A program made the position numbers and the translations under genes. Shown here piece after piece: positions 1 to 8,500 of a DNA stretch of 64,000 bases; position 1 is the first letter of the stretch, and every line of letters starts with the position of its first letter. The notes beneath the pieces are model-generated. The model searched no databases. It was not told where the DNA came from and saw only the letters and a list, made by a program, of their open reading frames with translations. The DNA is taken from contig CANKJK010000005.1 of assembly GCA_947482665.1 (NCBI GenBank), positions 66,674 through 130,673 on the forward strand, read 5' to 3'. Origin of the DNA: Acidobacteriota bacterium (GTDB taxonomy: Bacteria > Acidobacteriota > Vicinamibacteria > Vicinamibacterales > UBA2999).

Positions 1-605
1 ATCTCCAGGGACGCGTTCTGCACGTAGACCGGCGGCAGGGCCTGATACGGAGTGCTGTGCCACGGCGTCTCCGTCGCTGCGCCCGGTGCGCCCGCCCCCG
101 GCGCGGCAAACGGCAACAGCGGGAACATCCTGGCGCCGCGCACGACCCACATCTTGCCCGGATGCTCGGTGCACTTCTCGATGGCGCGAAGGGAGTCGAC
201 CCCCTGCTGGGCAAGGAACAGGGCCATGGCGCGGCGGATCGTGGCCGCCGTGCGGAACGGGCTGGTCGGCCTCAGCAGGCTGAAGCAGTCGTAGGGACGG
301 CCCGACGCGGTGAGCGTCGCGAGCGCGTGCTCGACCCACTCGATGTCGGGCGATGTGTCGCCGGCAAAAGACGCGGGCCTCAGGAACGGCACATCGGCGC
401 CGTAGTGCCGGGCGATGCGCGCGATGTCCTCGGATTCCGTGGAGACCATCACGGAGGCGAACACCCCGCTGGCCCGAGCTGCGGCGATCGAATACGCGAG
501 CATCGGGTGTCCGCCGAGCGGACGGATGTTCTTCCCCGGGACACGCTTGGAACCCTGCCGCGCGGGAATCAACGCGACGGCACGGGTGGACACGGAATCA
601 GGCAT
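1..605 (-). CDS. CMP-ulosonate (acylneuraminate) cytidylyltransferase family protein, 5-prime part only (gene runs off the left edge)
   Basis: Absent from the ORF track because it is edge-truncated. My own translation of the minus strand from ATG 605..603 gives MPDSVSTRAVALIPARQGSKRVPGKNIRPLGGHPMLAYSIAAARASGVF...HSTPYQALPPVYVQNASLEI. This carries the LIPARxGSKxxPxKN N-terminal signature of NeuA/KdsB-type cytidylyltransferases and is a paralog of 20554..21258. GGGGGA at 611..616 lies 5 nt upstream of the ATG. Confidence 0.75.
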   Translation of the reverse strand, partial: MPDSVSTRAVALIPARQGSKRVPGKNIRPLGGHPMLAYSIAAARASGVFASVMVSTESEDIARIARHYGADVPFLRPASFAGDTSPDIEWVEHALATLTASGRPYDCFSLLRPTSPFRTAATIRRAMALFLAQQGVDSLRAIEKCTEHPGKMWVVRGARMFPLLPFAAPGAGAPGAATETPWHSTPYQALPPVYVQNASLE

Positions 606-618
606 CGGACTCCCCCGC

Positions 619-2100
619 TCAGAGCCGGGCGGGATCGTGGTTGATGTAGATGGTCTTGAGGTCCGAGTACACGTCGAGCGCCGCAGTGCCTGCCTCGCGC
701 CAGCCGTTACCGGACTGCTTCAGGCCGCCAAACGGCATGTGCGGCTCGCTGCCGTAGGTCCCGCCATTGACCACCGCAACGCCAGCCTGCACGCGGTTGA
801 TGAACGTCATGGCGCGATGAATGCTGCGCGTGTGAATGGAGGCCGTGAGGCCGAAATCCGTCCCGTTGGCCAGCTGCACCGCCTCCTCGAAATCACGCAC
901 GCGGTAGAGGCACGTAATCGGGCCGAAGAGTTCGTGGCGCGAGATTTCGGCATTCGGGCCGGCGTGCTCGATGAGTGTCGGCGCGACGTAATAGCCCCCG
1001 TCACGGCCGGGCCCAGTGAGTCGTTGCCCGCCAGTCAGGACGGTCGCGCCGTCCGTCCGCGCGCGCTGCACGGCCGCCAGCATGTTCGTCATCTGCTCTT
1101 CGTTGATGACGGGGCCGTAGTCATCCGCGTCCGTCGAGCCGACCTTCAGGGCGTCGGTCGCGGCCACCAGCTTCGCCTTGAACGCGTCGTAGACCGCATC
1201 GAACACGATGATGCGGCTCCCGGCCGCGCAGCGCTGGCCCGCGTTGCTGAAGGCGGAGCCGATCGTCCACTTCACGGCATTGTCGAGGTCCGCGTCGTCG
1301 CAGACCACGAGCGGGTTCTTCCCGCCGAGCTCCAAGCAGGTCTTCGCCAGTCGCCGTCCGGTCGTTTCAGCGATCCAGCGGCCGACGGACGTAGAGCCTG
1401 TGAAACTGATGATGTCGACGTCCGGGTGCTCGACCAGCGGCGCACCGGCCTCCTCGCCCAGACCGTGCACGGTGCTGTAGACGCCGTCGGGCACGCCCGC
1501 GAGGCGCGCCAGCACGCCGAACGCCCAGGCCGATAGCGGCGTATCTTCCGATGCCTTCATCACCGCCGCATTGCCGCAGAGCAGCGCCGGGAAGGCTTTC
1601 CACGCCACGTTGGCGATGGGGGTATTGGCCGCAATGATGAGACCCGCCACGCCGAGCGGCTGGCGGATGATGAGCGCGGCCTTGTTCGGCACGGCACTCG
1701 TCGTCGTGGTGCCGTAGAAACGGCGCCCCTCGCCCGCCACAAAAAATCCCATCTCGATGGCCGCATCGGTCTCGCCGAGCGCGTCCTTCATCGACTTGCC
1801 CGTTTCGCGTGCCACGAGCGAGGCGATGGCCGCCTTGTGCTCGACCATCAGCATCGCGATGCGGCGCAGTGCATCGCCCCGCGCGACCACCGTCTGGGCG
1901 GCCCAGGCTGGCTGCGCGGCGCGGGCGGCCGTCACGGCGCGCTCGACATCCTCGCGGCGCGACCGGGCGACACGGCACAGCTCGCGCCCTGTCGCCGGCT
2001 CGAATTTCACGAAGGTCTCGCCGCCGGACGCCGGCGCGTCCTGGTGCCCGATCTGGTTCGGCACCGCCGCCGGAAACACGCGAAGGTCTGGCGTTACCAC
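619..2100 (-). CDS. NAD(P)-dependent aldehyde dehydrogenase family protein
   Basis: 493-aa ORF with ALDH hallmarks ELGGKNP, FSNAGQRCAAGSR (catalytic Cys region) and HELFGP. The GTG start at 2100 overlaps the upstream stop by 7 nt. Confidence 0.9.
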   Translation of the reverse strand: MVTPDLRVFPAAVPNQIGHQDAPASGGETFVKFEPATGRELCRVARSRREDVERAVTAARAAQPAWAAQTVVARGDALRRIAMLMVEHKAAIASLVARETGKSMKDALGETDAAIEMGFFVAGEGRRFYGTTTTSAVPNKAALIIRQPLGVAGLIIAANTPIANVAWKAFPALLCGNAAVMKASEDTPLSAWAFGVLARLAGVPDGVYSTVHGLGEEAGAPLVEHPDVDIISFTGSTSVGRWIAETTGRRLAKTCLELGGKNPLVVCDDADLDNAVKWTIGSAFSNAGQRCAAGSRIIVFDAVYDAFKAKLVAATDALKVGSTDADDYGPVINEEQMTNMLAAVQRARTDGATVLTGGQRLTGPGRDGGYYVAPTLIEHAGPNAEISRHELFGPITCLYRVRDFEEAVQLANGTDFGLTASIHTRSIHRAMTFINRVQAGVAVVNGGTYGSEPHMPFGGLKQSGNGWREAGTAALDVYSDLKTIYINHDPARL

Positions 2101-2903
2101 GCGGTGAAGCCTCCGTCGACGCGCAGTTCGTGTCCGGTCACATAGGATGCGGCACTGGACGCCAGGAACACGAGGGGCCCCTTGAGATCGACCGGCTCCG
2201 CCATGCGGCCGAGCGGCACGCGGCTGCCGAACTTGGCCTTGAAGTCCGGGTCCTGTCCGCCGAGCACACCACCAGGAGACAGGGTGTTCACACGCACGCC
2301 GGCCTTACCCCAGAGCGTGGAGAAGTACTTCGTCATGTTGACCACTGCCGCCTTCGAGGCGCCGTAGGCAGGCGACTTCAGGAACGGGAGGTTCCCGGGC
2401 ATGTGGTCGTAGAAGCGCTGGTCCGGGGAGACCGACGCGTAGAGTGAACCGATATTGATGATGGAGCCCCGGCCGGCCTTCGCCATCGCGCCGCCGATCA
2501 CCTGGATCACCTGGAGGGTACCCAGCAGGTTCACCTCCACCATCTTGCGGAACTGCTCCACCGGCACGTCTTCGATGGCGCTGCGACTGGTGCCGGAGTC
2601 TGGGGGCTGGTCAACGCCGGCGTTGTTCACCAGGATCGAAGGCACGCCGTACGCGGCGCTCACCAACTGGCCAGCCGCCGTGATGGATGCGCGATCCGTG
2701 ATGTCGCAGTCGTAGCGAACGACGCGGCCCTCGTACGTCCCCTCCAGCGCGGCGAATGCCGGGGAGGTCGTCATCGCCGGCAGTTCCAGCGCCGCAACCG
2801 TGGCGCCCGCTTCGAGGAGCGCCTCGACCCAGATCGGGCCGAGCTTGCCGCACGCCCCCGTGACGACGGCGATCTGGCCATCCAAACTGAACGCGGGGTT
2901 CAC
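2094..2903 (-). CDS. Short-chain dehydrogenase/reductase (classical SDR)
   Basis: 269 aa with VVTGACGKLG Rossmann start, LVNNAG and YGASKAAV (YxxxK). GTGA overlap with the stop of the upstream NeuB-like gene. Confidence 0.9.
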   Translation of the reverse strand: MNPAFSLDGQIAVVTGACGKLGPIWVEALLEAGATVAALELPAMTTSPAFAALEGTYEGRVVRYDCDITDRASITAAGQLVSAAYGVPSILVNNAGVDQPPDSGTSRSAIEDVPVEQFRKMVEVNLLGTLQVIQVIGGAMAKAGRGSIINIGSLYASVSPDQRFYDHMPGNLPFLKSPAYGASKAAVVNMTKYFSTLWGKAGVRVNTLSPGGVLGGQDPDFKAKFGSRVPLGRMAEPVDLKGPLVFLASSAASYVTGHELRVDGGFTAW

Positions 2904-3979
2904 GAGCGCGCCAGCCCGACCTTGTCCGCGCCGGCCAGCAGGTCCACGCTCAGGAAGTCGTCCTCTCGGAGCGCCTCGGTCGTCGTCAGCCCAATGACCT
3001 GTTCCAGCTCATAGGGGGGAATCCCGCCGCCGGGGGACTTCATCGTGATGTCCTCCACTGTCAGCACGTGACCCGCCGGAATGGCGCGTTTCGCGAACAG
3101 GCTCTTCCCCATCTTGAGAATGGGCGCCTTCTCGCTCTCGAAGATCTTCTTCTTCCCGTCGCCAAGCGCGAGACGGGTCCGTTCGAGATCGCGCACCATC
3201 TTCTTCAGGCCGAGCGGCTCCAGCGAGAACGCGTGGTCGGTGCCCTTCATCGCGCGGTTCAGCGTGAAGTGCTTTTCGATGACGCGCGCGCCCAGGACGT
3301 AGGCGGCCACGGCCATCGCGATCCCGTTGTCGTGGCCAGAGAACCCGACGACCGCTCCCGGGAACTCCTCACGGAACTGCGTGATGACGCGCAGGTCGAG
3401 TTCCTCGAACTTCGCCGGGTAGCCCGCGGTGCACTGCAGAATCACCAGTTGCGGGTTGATCGGCATGATCGCGTCGTAGGCCCGGCGGATCTCGTCGAGC
3501 CTGGCGCCACCGGTGGAGATGATCATCGGCTTGCCGAACGTCGCGACGTGCTTCAGGAGTGGGGTGCTCTTGATGTCGCCCGAGGCCAGCTTGTAGGCCG
3601 GCGGGTCGAGCGCCTCCAGGAAGTCCGCGCTCTCGGCATCGAAGGCCGTCGAGAAGAAATCCACACCGAGCTCGGCGGCATAGGCCTTCAGCTCCTGGTA
3701 TTCCTTCAGCCCGAACTCAAGGAACTCCCGGTGCTCGCCGTACGTGGCGCCGTAACTGTTCTCGTTGTCGTACGGCTTGTCGTAGGCGGCCTTGGTGAAC
3801 AGGCCGCGATTGTTGCGCTTCTGGAGCTTCACCGCGTGCGCGCCGGCCGCCTTGGCCTCCTTGAAGAGTTCGCGGCACTGCTGGAGGCTGCCCTGATGGT
3901 TGTGGCCGATCTCCGCGATGACGTAGCAGTCGGTGTGGTCACCAATCTCCCGGGACCCGATCCTGATGGTTGCTGACAC
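2900..3979 (-). CDS. Sialic-acid-synthase (NeuB) family enzyme, NANS-like
   Basis: Track ORF 2900..4087 trimmed to GTG 3979, which is preceded by GAGGAG (3986..3991) with a 6-nt spacer. Motifs CYVIAEIGHNHQGS, YGEHREFLEF, ILQCTAGYP and SGHDNGIAMAVAAYVLGARVIEKHFTL, plus a C-terminal SAF-like domain. From memory, the YGEHxxxLEF and PMIISTG blocks resemble animal Neu5Ac-9-phosphate synthase more than the second NeuB at 23364. Confidence 0.88.
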   Translation of the reverse strand: MSATIRIGSREIGDHTDCYVIAEIGHNHQGSLQQCRELFKEAKAAGAHAVKLQKRNNRGLFTKAAYDKPYDNENSYGATYGEHREFLEFGLKEYQELKAYAAELGVDFFSTAFDAESADFLEALDPPAYKLASGDIKSTPLLKHVATFGKPMIISTGGARLDEIRRAYDAIMPINPQLVILQCTAGYPAKFEELDLRVITQFREEFPGAVVGFSGHDNGIAMAVAAYVLGARVIEKHFTLNRAMKGTDHAFSLEPLGLKKMVRDLERTRLALGDGKKKIFESEKAPILKMGKSLFAKRAIPAGHVLTVEDITMKSPGGGIPPYELEQVIGLTTTEALREDDFLSVDLLAGADKVGLARS

Positions 3980-3985
3980 TGAAGA

Positions 3986-3991
3986 CTCCTC
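3986..3991 (-). promoter_or_regulatory. Shine-Dalgarno (GAGGAG) for the NeuB-like gene
   Basis: The reverse complement of ctcctc at 3986..3991 is GAGGAG, 6 nt upstream of GTG 3979. Confidence 0.6.
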
Positions 3992-4001
3992 TGGCCGGAA
4001 C

Positions 4002-4955
4002 CTACGCGAGGACAGCCGGCCGCAACTGCGCGACGAGCCGGTCCCACCCATATTGCGACTGCGCAACCTCGCGCGCCGCCCGCCCAATTCGCGTCGACTC
4101 CTCCACCCCGGGAAGGCCGTCGCATCGGTTGATATCCACGATGTTCGTCATGTGCTCGAAGCCGGTCGGCGAGTGGGCGTCGAGGTTGGTGATCACGGTG
4201 CACCCGCATTCCATCGCCGCGTTGACCGTGGTGTTGTTGGCACGCAGCCCCTTTTCGAAGAAGGCCGCGAGATACGAGCAGTCGAGCAGGTGGTTGTAGA
4301 CCGCCGTGTCCGAGAGATACCCCATGAAATACACGCGCCCATTGAAGAGCGCTTGCAGTTCCTCGAACCGAACCACGAAGGACCCGTCGAAGTTGGTGCC
4401 TTCGTGCAGCGCCGTTGAGACGAACACAGAATAGGTCTTCCCGGTGGCGTCGAGCAGGTCGCGGAGCCTCGTATAGAGCGGCACCCGGATCTTGTGGGCC
4501 ATGCCGAAGGTGAAGATCTTGAGCTCGGTATCCTCGAACCGCTGCGGGTTGAGAATGGTGCCGGGGCAGAACAACTCGCTGAGGTCTGGCCTCGACGGCC
4601 GGAGTTCCTGCGCCAGTTCGGAGTTGCCGCAGTAGACCTTTCCCGCGGCGGCCAGCAGGCGCTGCTCGATGGGTTCGCCCCGGAAATTGTGGAGGAACAG
4701 TTCAAAGTCACCGGCGTGAGCCTGACTCCACAGGTCGAGGTCCGCCGCGTCCGGCGCCGAAAACTCCTCGAGCTTGATGGACAGCAGCGGCCTCCGGTAC
4801 CGGCCCAGCTCGACCGCACGTATCCCGACCACCGGCACATCAAGGTGACCGGAGAGGATCGTGTTGAACTTGGCGATGCCGCAGGTCCACGGATTCAGGT
4901 GGTACCCGGCAATACAGTCAATCGTCGGCACGGACAGCATGGGCAGATTGTTCAT
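4002..4955 (-). CDS. Putative GT-B glycosyltransferase (GT4-like C-terminal domain)
   Basis: 317 aa. The C-terminal half (KIFTFGMAHKIRV...VYFMGYLSD...YLAAFFEKGLRANNTTVNAAMECGCTVITN) has the layout of a GT1/GT4 donor-binding domain. The N-terminal domain is short and unrecognised. The ATG at 4955 lies 1 nt after the upstream stop. Confidence 0.6.
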   Translation of the reverse strand: MNNLPMLSVPTIDCIAGYHLNPWTCGIAKFNTILSGHLDVPVVGIRAVELGRYRRPLLSIKLEEFSAPDAADLDLWSQAHAGDFELFLHNFRGEPIEQRLLAAAGKVYCGNSELAQELRPSRPDLSELFCPGTILNPQRFEDTELKIFTFGMAHKIRVPLYTRLRDLLDATGKTYSVFVSTALHEGTNFDGSFVVRFEELQALFNGRVYFMGYLSDTAVYNHLLDCSYLAAFFEKGLRANNTTVNAAMECGCTVITNLDAHSPTGFEHMTNIVDINRCDGLPGVEESTRIGRAAREVAQSQYGWDRLVAQLRPAVLA

Positions 4956-4956
4956 T

Positions 4957-5889
4957 CTATCTTAGGGACTCAGACCCATTACCTTGGGCTCCACGTCCGG
5001 CATGCCCCTCTACCAGGTAGACCGGCCGCCGGCGTGCCAGCTCAAGCGTGCGCCAGACATACTCCCCGACCACCCCGAGCGCCGTCAGGTGCAGCCCCGA
5101 CAGCGCGGCCAGGCCGGAGCCCAGGCCGAGGCGGAATCCGCCCCGCAGCACCCAGGCCAATCCGCAGACAAGCCCCGTAGCCAGAAGCAACACACCCGTT
5201 GCGGTCACGAACCGCACAGGCAACGCGGAAAACGCCGTCACCGAATCGGCCACGAGGGCGACTTTCCTGGCGGTGGTCCATCCGGAACGGCCCGCCGCGC
5301 GGGGCTGCTTGTCGTATTCGATGGTGGCCTGGCGAAAGCCCATCCAGGCCACGAGCGCAAAGACGGAGATCTGCCGCTCGGCGTGCTGCGCAAACGCGTC
5401 GAGGACCACGCGGTCGGCCAGGAAGAAGTCGGCGCCACGCTCGGGCAGCGCCGTCACGCCGACCAGCCGGCGCATGATCCAGTAGTAGATGGCCGCGAAG
5501 CCGGCGTGCGCCGGTGCGCCCGGTTGCTCCCGGCGCGTCCCCCAGACGACCTGCGCGCCTCCGCGCCAGGCCGCCAGCATGGCGCCGATCGTCTCTGGCG
5601 GATCCTGGAGGTCGGCAGCCAGCACCACAGCCGCGTCACCCCTGGCGTGATGGAGCCCGGCGGTAATGGCGACGTGCGACCCTTCGTTCCTCGCCAGCCT
5701 GAGGCCACGGACCCTGGGATCGGTCTCAGCAACGGCCCGGAGCACATCGAACGTGTTGTCCGTCGAGTGATCGTCCACGACGATCCACTCCCAGTCCTGG
5801 CCGAGCGTGTCCATCGTTGTCCGGATCCGGGCATGGAGGCCGCCCAGGTTCAGCGCTTCATTGAACGCCGGCGTGACCAGCGTGAGCAT
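4957..5889 (-). CDS. GT2 polyprenyl-phosphate glycosyltransferase (ArnC/GtrB/DPM1-like)
   Basis: Track ORF 4957..6054 trimmed to ATG 5889 (TGATG 1-nt overlap with the DegT stop). Motifs MLTLVTPAFNEALNL, VVDDHSTDNT, LARNEGSHVAITAGL and LAADLQDPPE. Two C-terminal hydrophobic helices, as in GtrB/ArnC. Confidence 0.85.
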   Translation of the reverse strand: MLTLVTPAFNEALNLGGLHARIRTTMDTLGQDWEWIVVDDHSTDNTFDVLRAVAETDPRVRGLRLARNEGSHVAITAGLHHARGDAAVVLAADLQDPPETIGAMLAAWRGGAQVVWGTRREQPGAPAHAGFAAIYYWIMRRLVGVTALPERGADFFLADRVVLDAFAQHAERQISVFALVAWMGFRQATIEYDKQPRAAGRSGWTTARKVALVADSVTAFSALPVRFVTATGVLLLATGLVCGLAWVLRGGFRLGLGSGLAALSGLHLTALGVVGEYVWRTLELARRRPVYLVEGHAGRGAQGNGSESLR

Positions 5890-7040
5890 CACGCCTCTAC
5901 CGCCTTCATCACCGAGGCGATGACCTGATCCTGCCTGGCTTCGTCGAGGGCGTGAAACAGAGGCAGCACCACGGTCGTGTCCTGCAGGTGCTCGCTCACC
6001 GCAAGCCCGCCTGGTGCCGCACGCCAGGCTCCTGCAGGATAGGCTCCCTCGCAATGGGCATTCATGGCGCCGCGCCGCGTGGCAATTCCAGCATCAAGCA
6101 GATGCTGCATCACGGGGCGCTGTCGCGTGGGATCGGTGAGCCTGATGGCGTAGCTCTGCCAGTTGCTCCGGGCCCACGACGGTTCGTGGGGCACGGTCAG
6201 CGCGGAAACACCGGTAAAAGCCCTGGCGTAGCGGGCGGCAAGTAGGCGGCGACGCTCGACGATCGCCGAAAGACGCGTCAGCTGCACGCGGCCGATGGCC
6301 GCCTGAATGTCGGTCATCCGGTAGTTGTAGCCAAGCGTCGGATAGGACTCCGTCACGACCGTCGAGGCCGCATGACGCACGGTGTCCGGCACGTCCATCC
6401 CGTGCTGGCGAAGCAGGCGGAACCGTGCGTCAAGGGCGGGGTCGGCGGTCGTCAGCATCCCGCCGTCTCCCGTCGAGAGGAGCTTTCTCGGATGGAAGGA
6501 AAAGCAGGCGATGTCCGCATGCGGAAGACCGATGCGTTCCCACGCTCCGGTCTCGCTCAGCACCTCGCTGCCGACGGCGCAGGCCGCATCCTCCACCACC
6601 GGCAGGCCATGCCGGGCTGCGATCGCTCGGACCGCACGCAGGTCGCACGGCATCCCCAGCTGATGCACACAGAGAATCGCCCGCGTCACCGGCGAAATGG
6701 CCGCCTCGATGAGTGTCGGATTGATGTTGCAGGTCTCCGGTTCCACGTCGACGAAGACGGGCGTCGCTCCGCAGTACCGCACGACATTCGCCGTGGCGAT
6801 GAACGAGTGGCTGACGGTGACCACTTCATGGCCGGGGCCCACGCCGAGCGCCACGAGCGCCACATGCATCGCCGTGGTGCAACTCGATACCGCGCACGCG
6901 TGCGAGGCGCCGACCGCCTCCGCGAACTCGCGCTCGAACGCCGCCACCTCCGGACCCTGGGTGACCCATCCCGAGAGAATCGCCCTGCGTGCGGCGGCCG
7001 CCTCCTCTTCGCCCATCCAGGGCTGCGCGACCGGTATCAC
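5889..7040 (-). CDS. DegT/DnrJ/EryC1/StrS-family PLP-dependent sugar aminotransferase
   Basis: Track ORF 5889..7112 trimmed to GTG 7040 (GTGA overlap with the upstream stop). VIPVAQPWMGEEE start, FSFHPRKLLSTGDGGML (catalytic Lys block) and NYRMTDIQAAIG. Confidence 0.9.
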   Translation of the reverse strand: MIPVAQPWMGEEEAAAARRAILSGWVTQGPEVAAFEREFAEAVGASHACAVSSCTTAMHVALVALGVGPGHEVVTVSHSFIATANVVRYCGATPVFVDVEPETCNINPTLIEAAISPVTRAILCVHQLGMPCDLRAVRAIAARHGLPVVEDAACAVGSEVLSETGAWERIGLPHADIACFSFHPRKLLSTGDGGMLTTADPALDARFRLLRQHGMDVPDTVRHAASTVVTESYPTLGYNYRMTDIQAAIGRVQLTRLSAIVERRRLLAARYARAFTGVSALTVPHEPSWARSNWQSYAIRLTDPTRQRPVMQHLLDAGIATRRGAMNAHCEGAYPAGAWRAAPGGLAVSEHLQDTTVVLPLFHALDEARQDQVIASVMKAVEA

Positions 7041-8026
7041 GCGGGCATCCAGTTCCGCACGACTTCGCGCTCGAGAAGAATCGCCGGGTCCACACCCTGT
7101 TCGCGATACCACGCAAGCAGGCGCGTGAGCCCCTCGCGCAGGCCGATGGTCGGCTCGTAGCCCAGCAGTTGCTTCGCCTGCGACATGTCGGCATAGAGCC
7201 GCAGCACGTCACCGGGCCGTCCCTCGACGTGCTCGACGGCAGCATCGGGCCGTCCGGCAGCCTCGGCCACGGCGCGGGCCAGATCGCTGACTGTTGTCTC
7301 CGCACCGAACCCGAGATTCATCGTCCGGCCGATCGCGTCTGGATGCGATCCGGCCAGCAGGATCCCTCGCGCCGAATCGGACACGTACGTGAAGTCACGT
7401 GTCTGGGAGCCGTCGCCAAAGATCACCATCGGCTTCCCCGCCAGACAGCGCAACAGGAACTTTGGAATCACCTCGCCGCTGTCGCCCTCGTGATGGCTCC
7501 TCGGACCGTAGGTGTTGAACGGCCGCACCACGACCGTCGGATAGCCGTACGTGCGGTGGTAGGCCCGCGCGTAGGACTCGCCGGCCAGCTTCGACCCGCC
7601 ATAGACCGTGCACGGGAAGGTCGGATGGTCTTCCGTCATCGGTGCCCAGCGCGCTGTGCCGTACACCTCCGAGCTCGACACGTAGACAAAGCGGCCCACG
7701 CCAGCCGCGCGCGCTGCCGCGAGCAGCCGGAGTGTTCCGGTCGCGTTGACCTCGTGGTTTTCCTCGGGCGCATGGACGGAGTGCCGTACACCCAGGCAGG
7801 CCAGGTGGAATACGACGGCCGTCTGCTCAAGCCAGGGCGCCAGCGACGCCGCATCACGGACGTCGGCCTCGACAACCGTCAGGCCCGCCTGTCCGTCAGG
7901 CAGGTTGGCGCGGGATCCATTGACGAAGTTGTCGACCACGACCACCTGTTCGCCACGGTCGAGGAGTTGATGCACGAGTTCGGACCCTATGAACCCGGCG
8001 CCACCGGTCACCAGCACACGTGTCAT
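7037..8026 (-). CDS. NAD-dependent NDP-sugar epimerase/dehydratase (extended SDR)
   Basis: 329 aa with MTRVLVTGGAGFIGSELV, SSSEVYG and YGGSKLAGE (YxxxK). Confidence 0.9.
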   Translation of the reverse strand: MTRVLVTGGAGFIGSELVHQLLDRGEQVVVVDNFVNGSRANLPDGQAGLTVVEADVRDAASLAPWLEQTAVVFHLACLGVRHSVHAPEENHEVNATGTLRLLAAARAAGVGRFVYVSSSEVYGTARWAPMTEDHPTFPCTVYGGSKLAGESYARAYHRTYGYPTVVVRPFNTYGPRSHHEGDSGEVIPKFLLRCLAGKPMVIFGDGSQTRDFTYVSDSARGILLAGSHPDAIGRTMNLGFGAETTVSDLARAVAEAAGRPDAAVEHVEGRPGDVLRLYADMSQAKQLLGYEPTIGLREGLTRLLAWYREQGVDPAILLEREVVRNWMPA

Positions 8027-8500
8027 CTAGCGCGTCTCTCCTGTGGGCGCCGCGATCACCTCATCGGCGTCGGGACCACACACCGCTTCGATGCCCGGTT
8101 GTGCGAGCAGCGTCAGCACATCTTTCGCATGGGCGCGCCCTGCGATGCAGAGCAGGTGCGCGCGATCCGCGTCCTCGATCGGCAGCCCCCGCGCCATCAG
8201 GAGACCCAGGATCCCCGCCCGATCCCGCAGGGCAGCGGCCTCCATGGGCGTGATGCTCCGGCGCGGCACCGGCCGCATCAGGTCGTTGCCAATCGGATAC
8301 CGCGCCAGACTGTCCCCACCCGCACGAAGGAGACGGACGACCTGTGGCGGGTCGTCCTCAACCACGGCTTCGGCCACATTCAACGGGCGATCCGTCAATG
8401 GCCGGAAGCCCAGGAGCTCAAAGCCCGTGTACACCGCCACCAGGACCGTCGCGGCCACCACTGGGCCCGCCGCCAGCCATCGCACCATTCGTTCCGTCAT
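8027..8500 (-). CDS. Signal-anchored small protein with ankyrin-like repeats (paralog K1 of 3)
   Basis: Track ORF 8027..8734 trimmed to ATG 8500 (ATGA overlap with the stop of M1). It has one N-terminal hydrophobic helix (WLAAGPVVAATVLVAVYTGFELL). This is followed by ITPMEAAALRDRAGILGLLMARGLPIED, which fits the ankyrin TPLxxAAxxGxxxxVxxLLxxGA pattern. Paralogous to 11045..11506 and 14693..15175. Confidence 0.6.
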   Translation of the reverse strand: MTERMVRWLAAGPVVAATVLVAVYTGFELLGFRPLTDRPLNVAEAVVEDDPPQVVRLLRAGGDSLARYPIGNDLMRPVPRRSITPMEAAALRDRAGILGLLMARGLPIEDADRAHLLCIAGRAHAKDVLTLLAQPGIEAVCGPDADEVIAAPTGETR

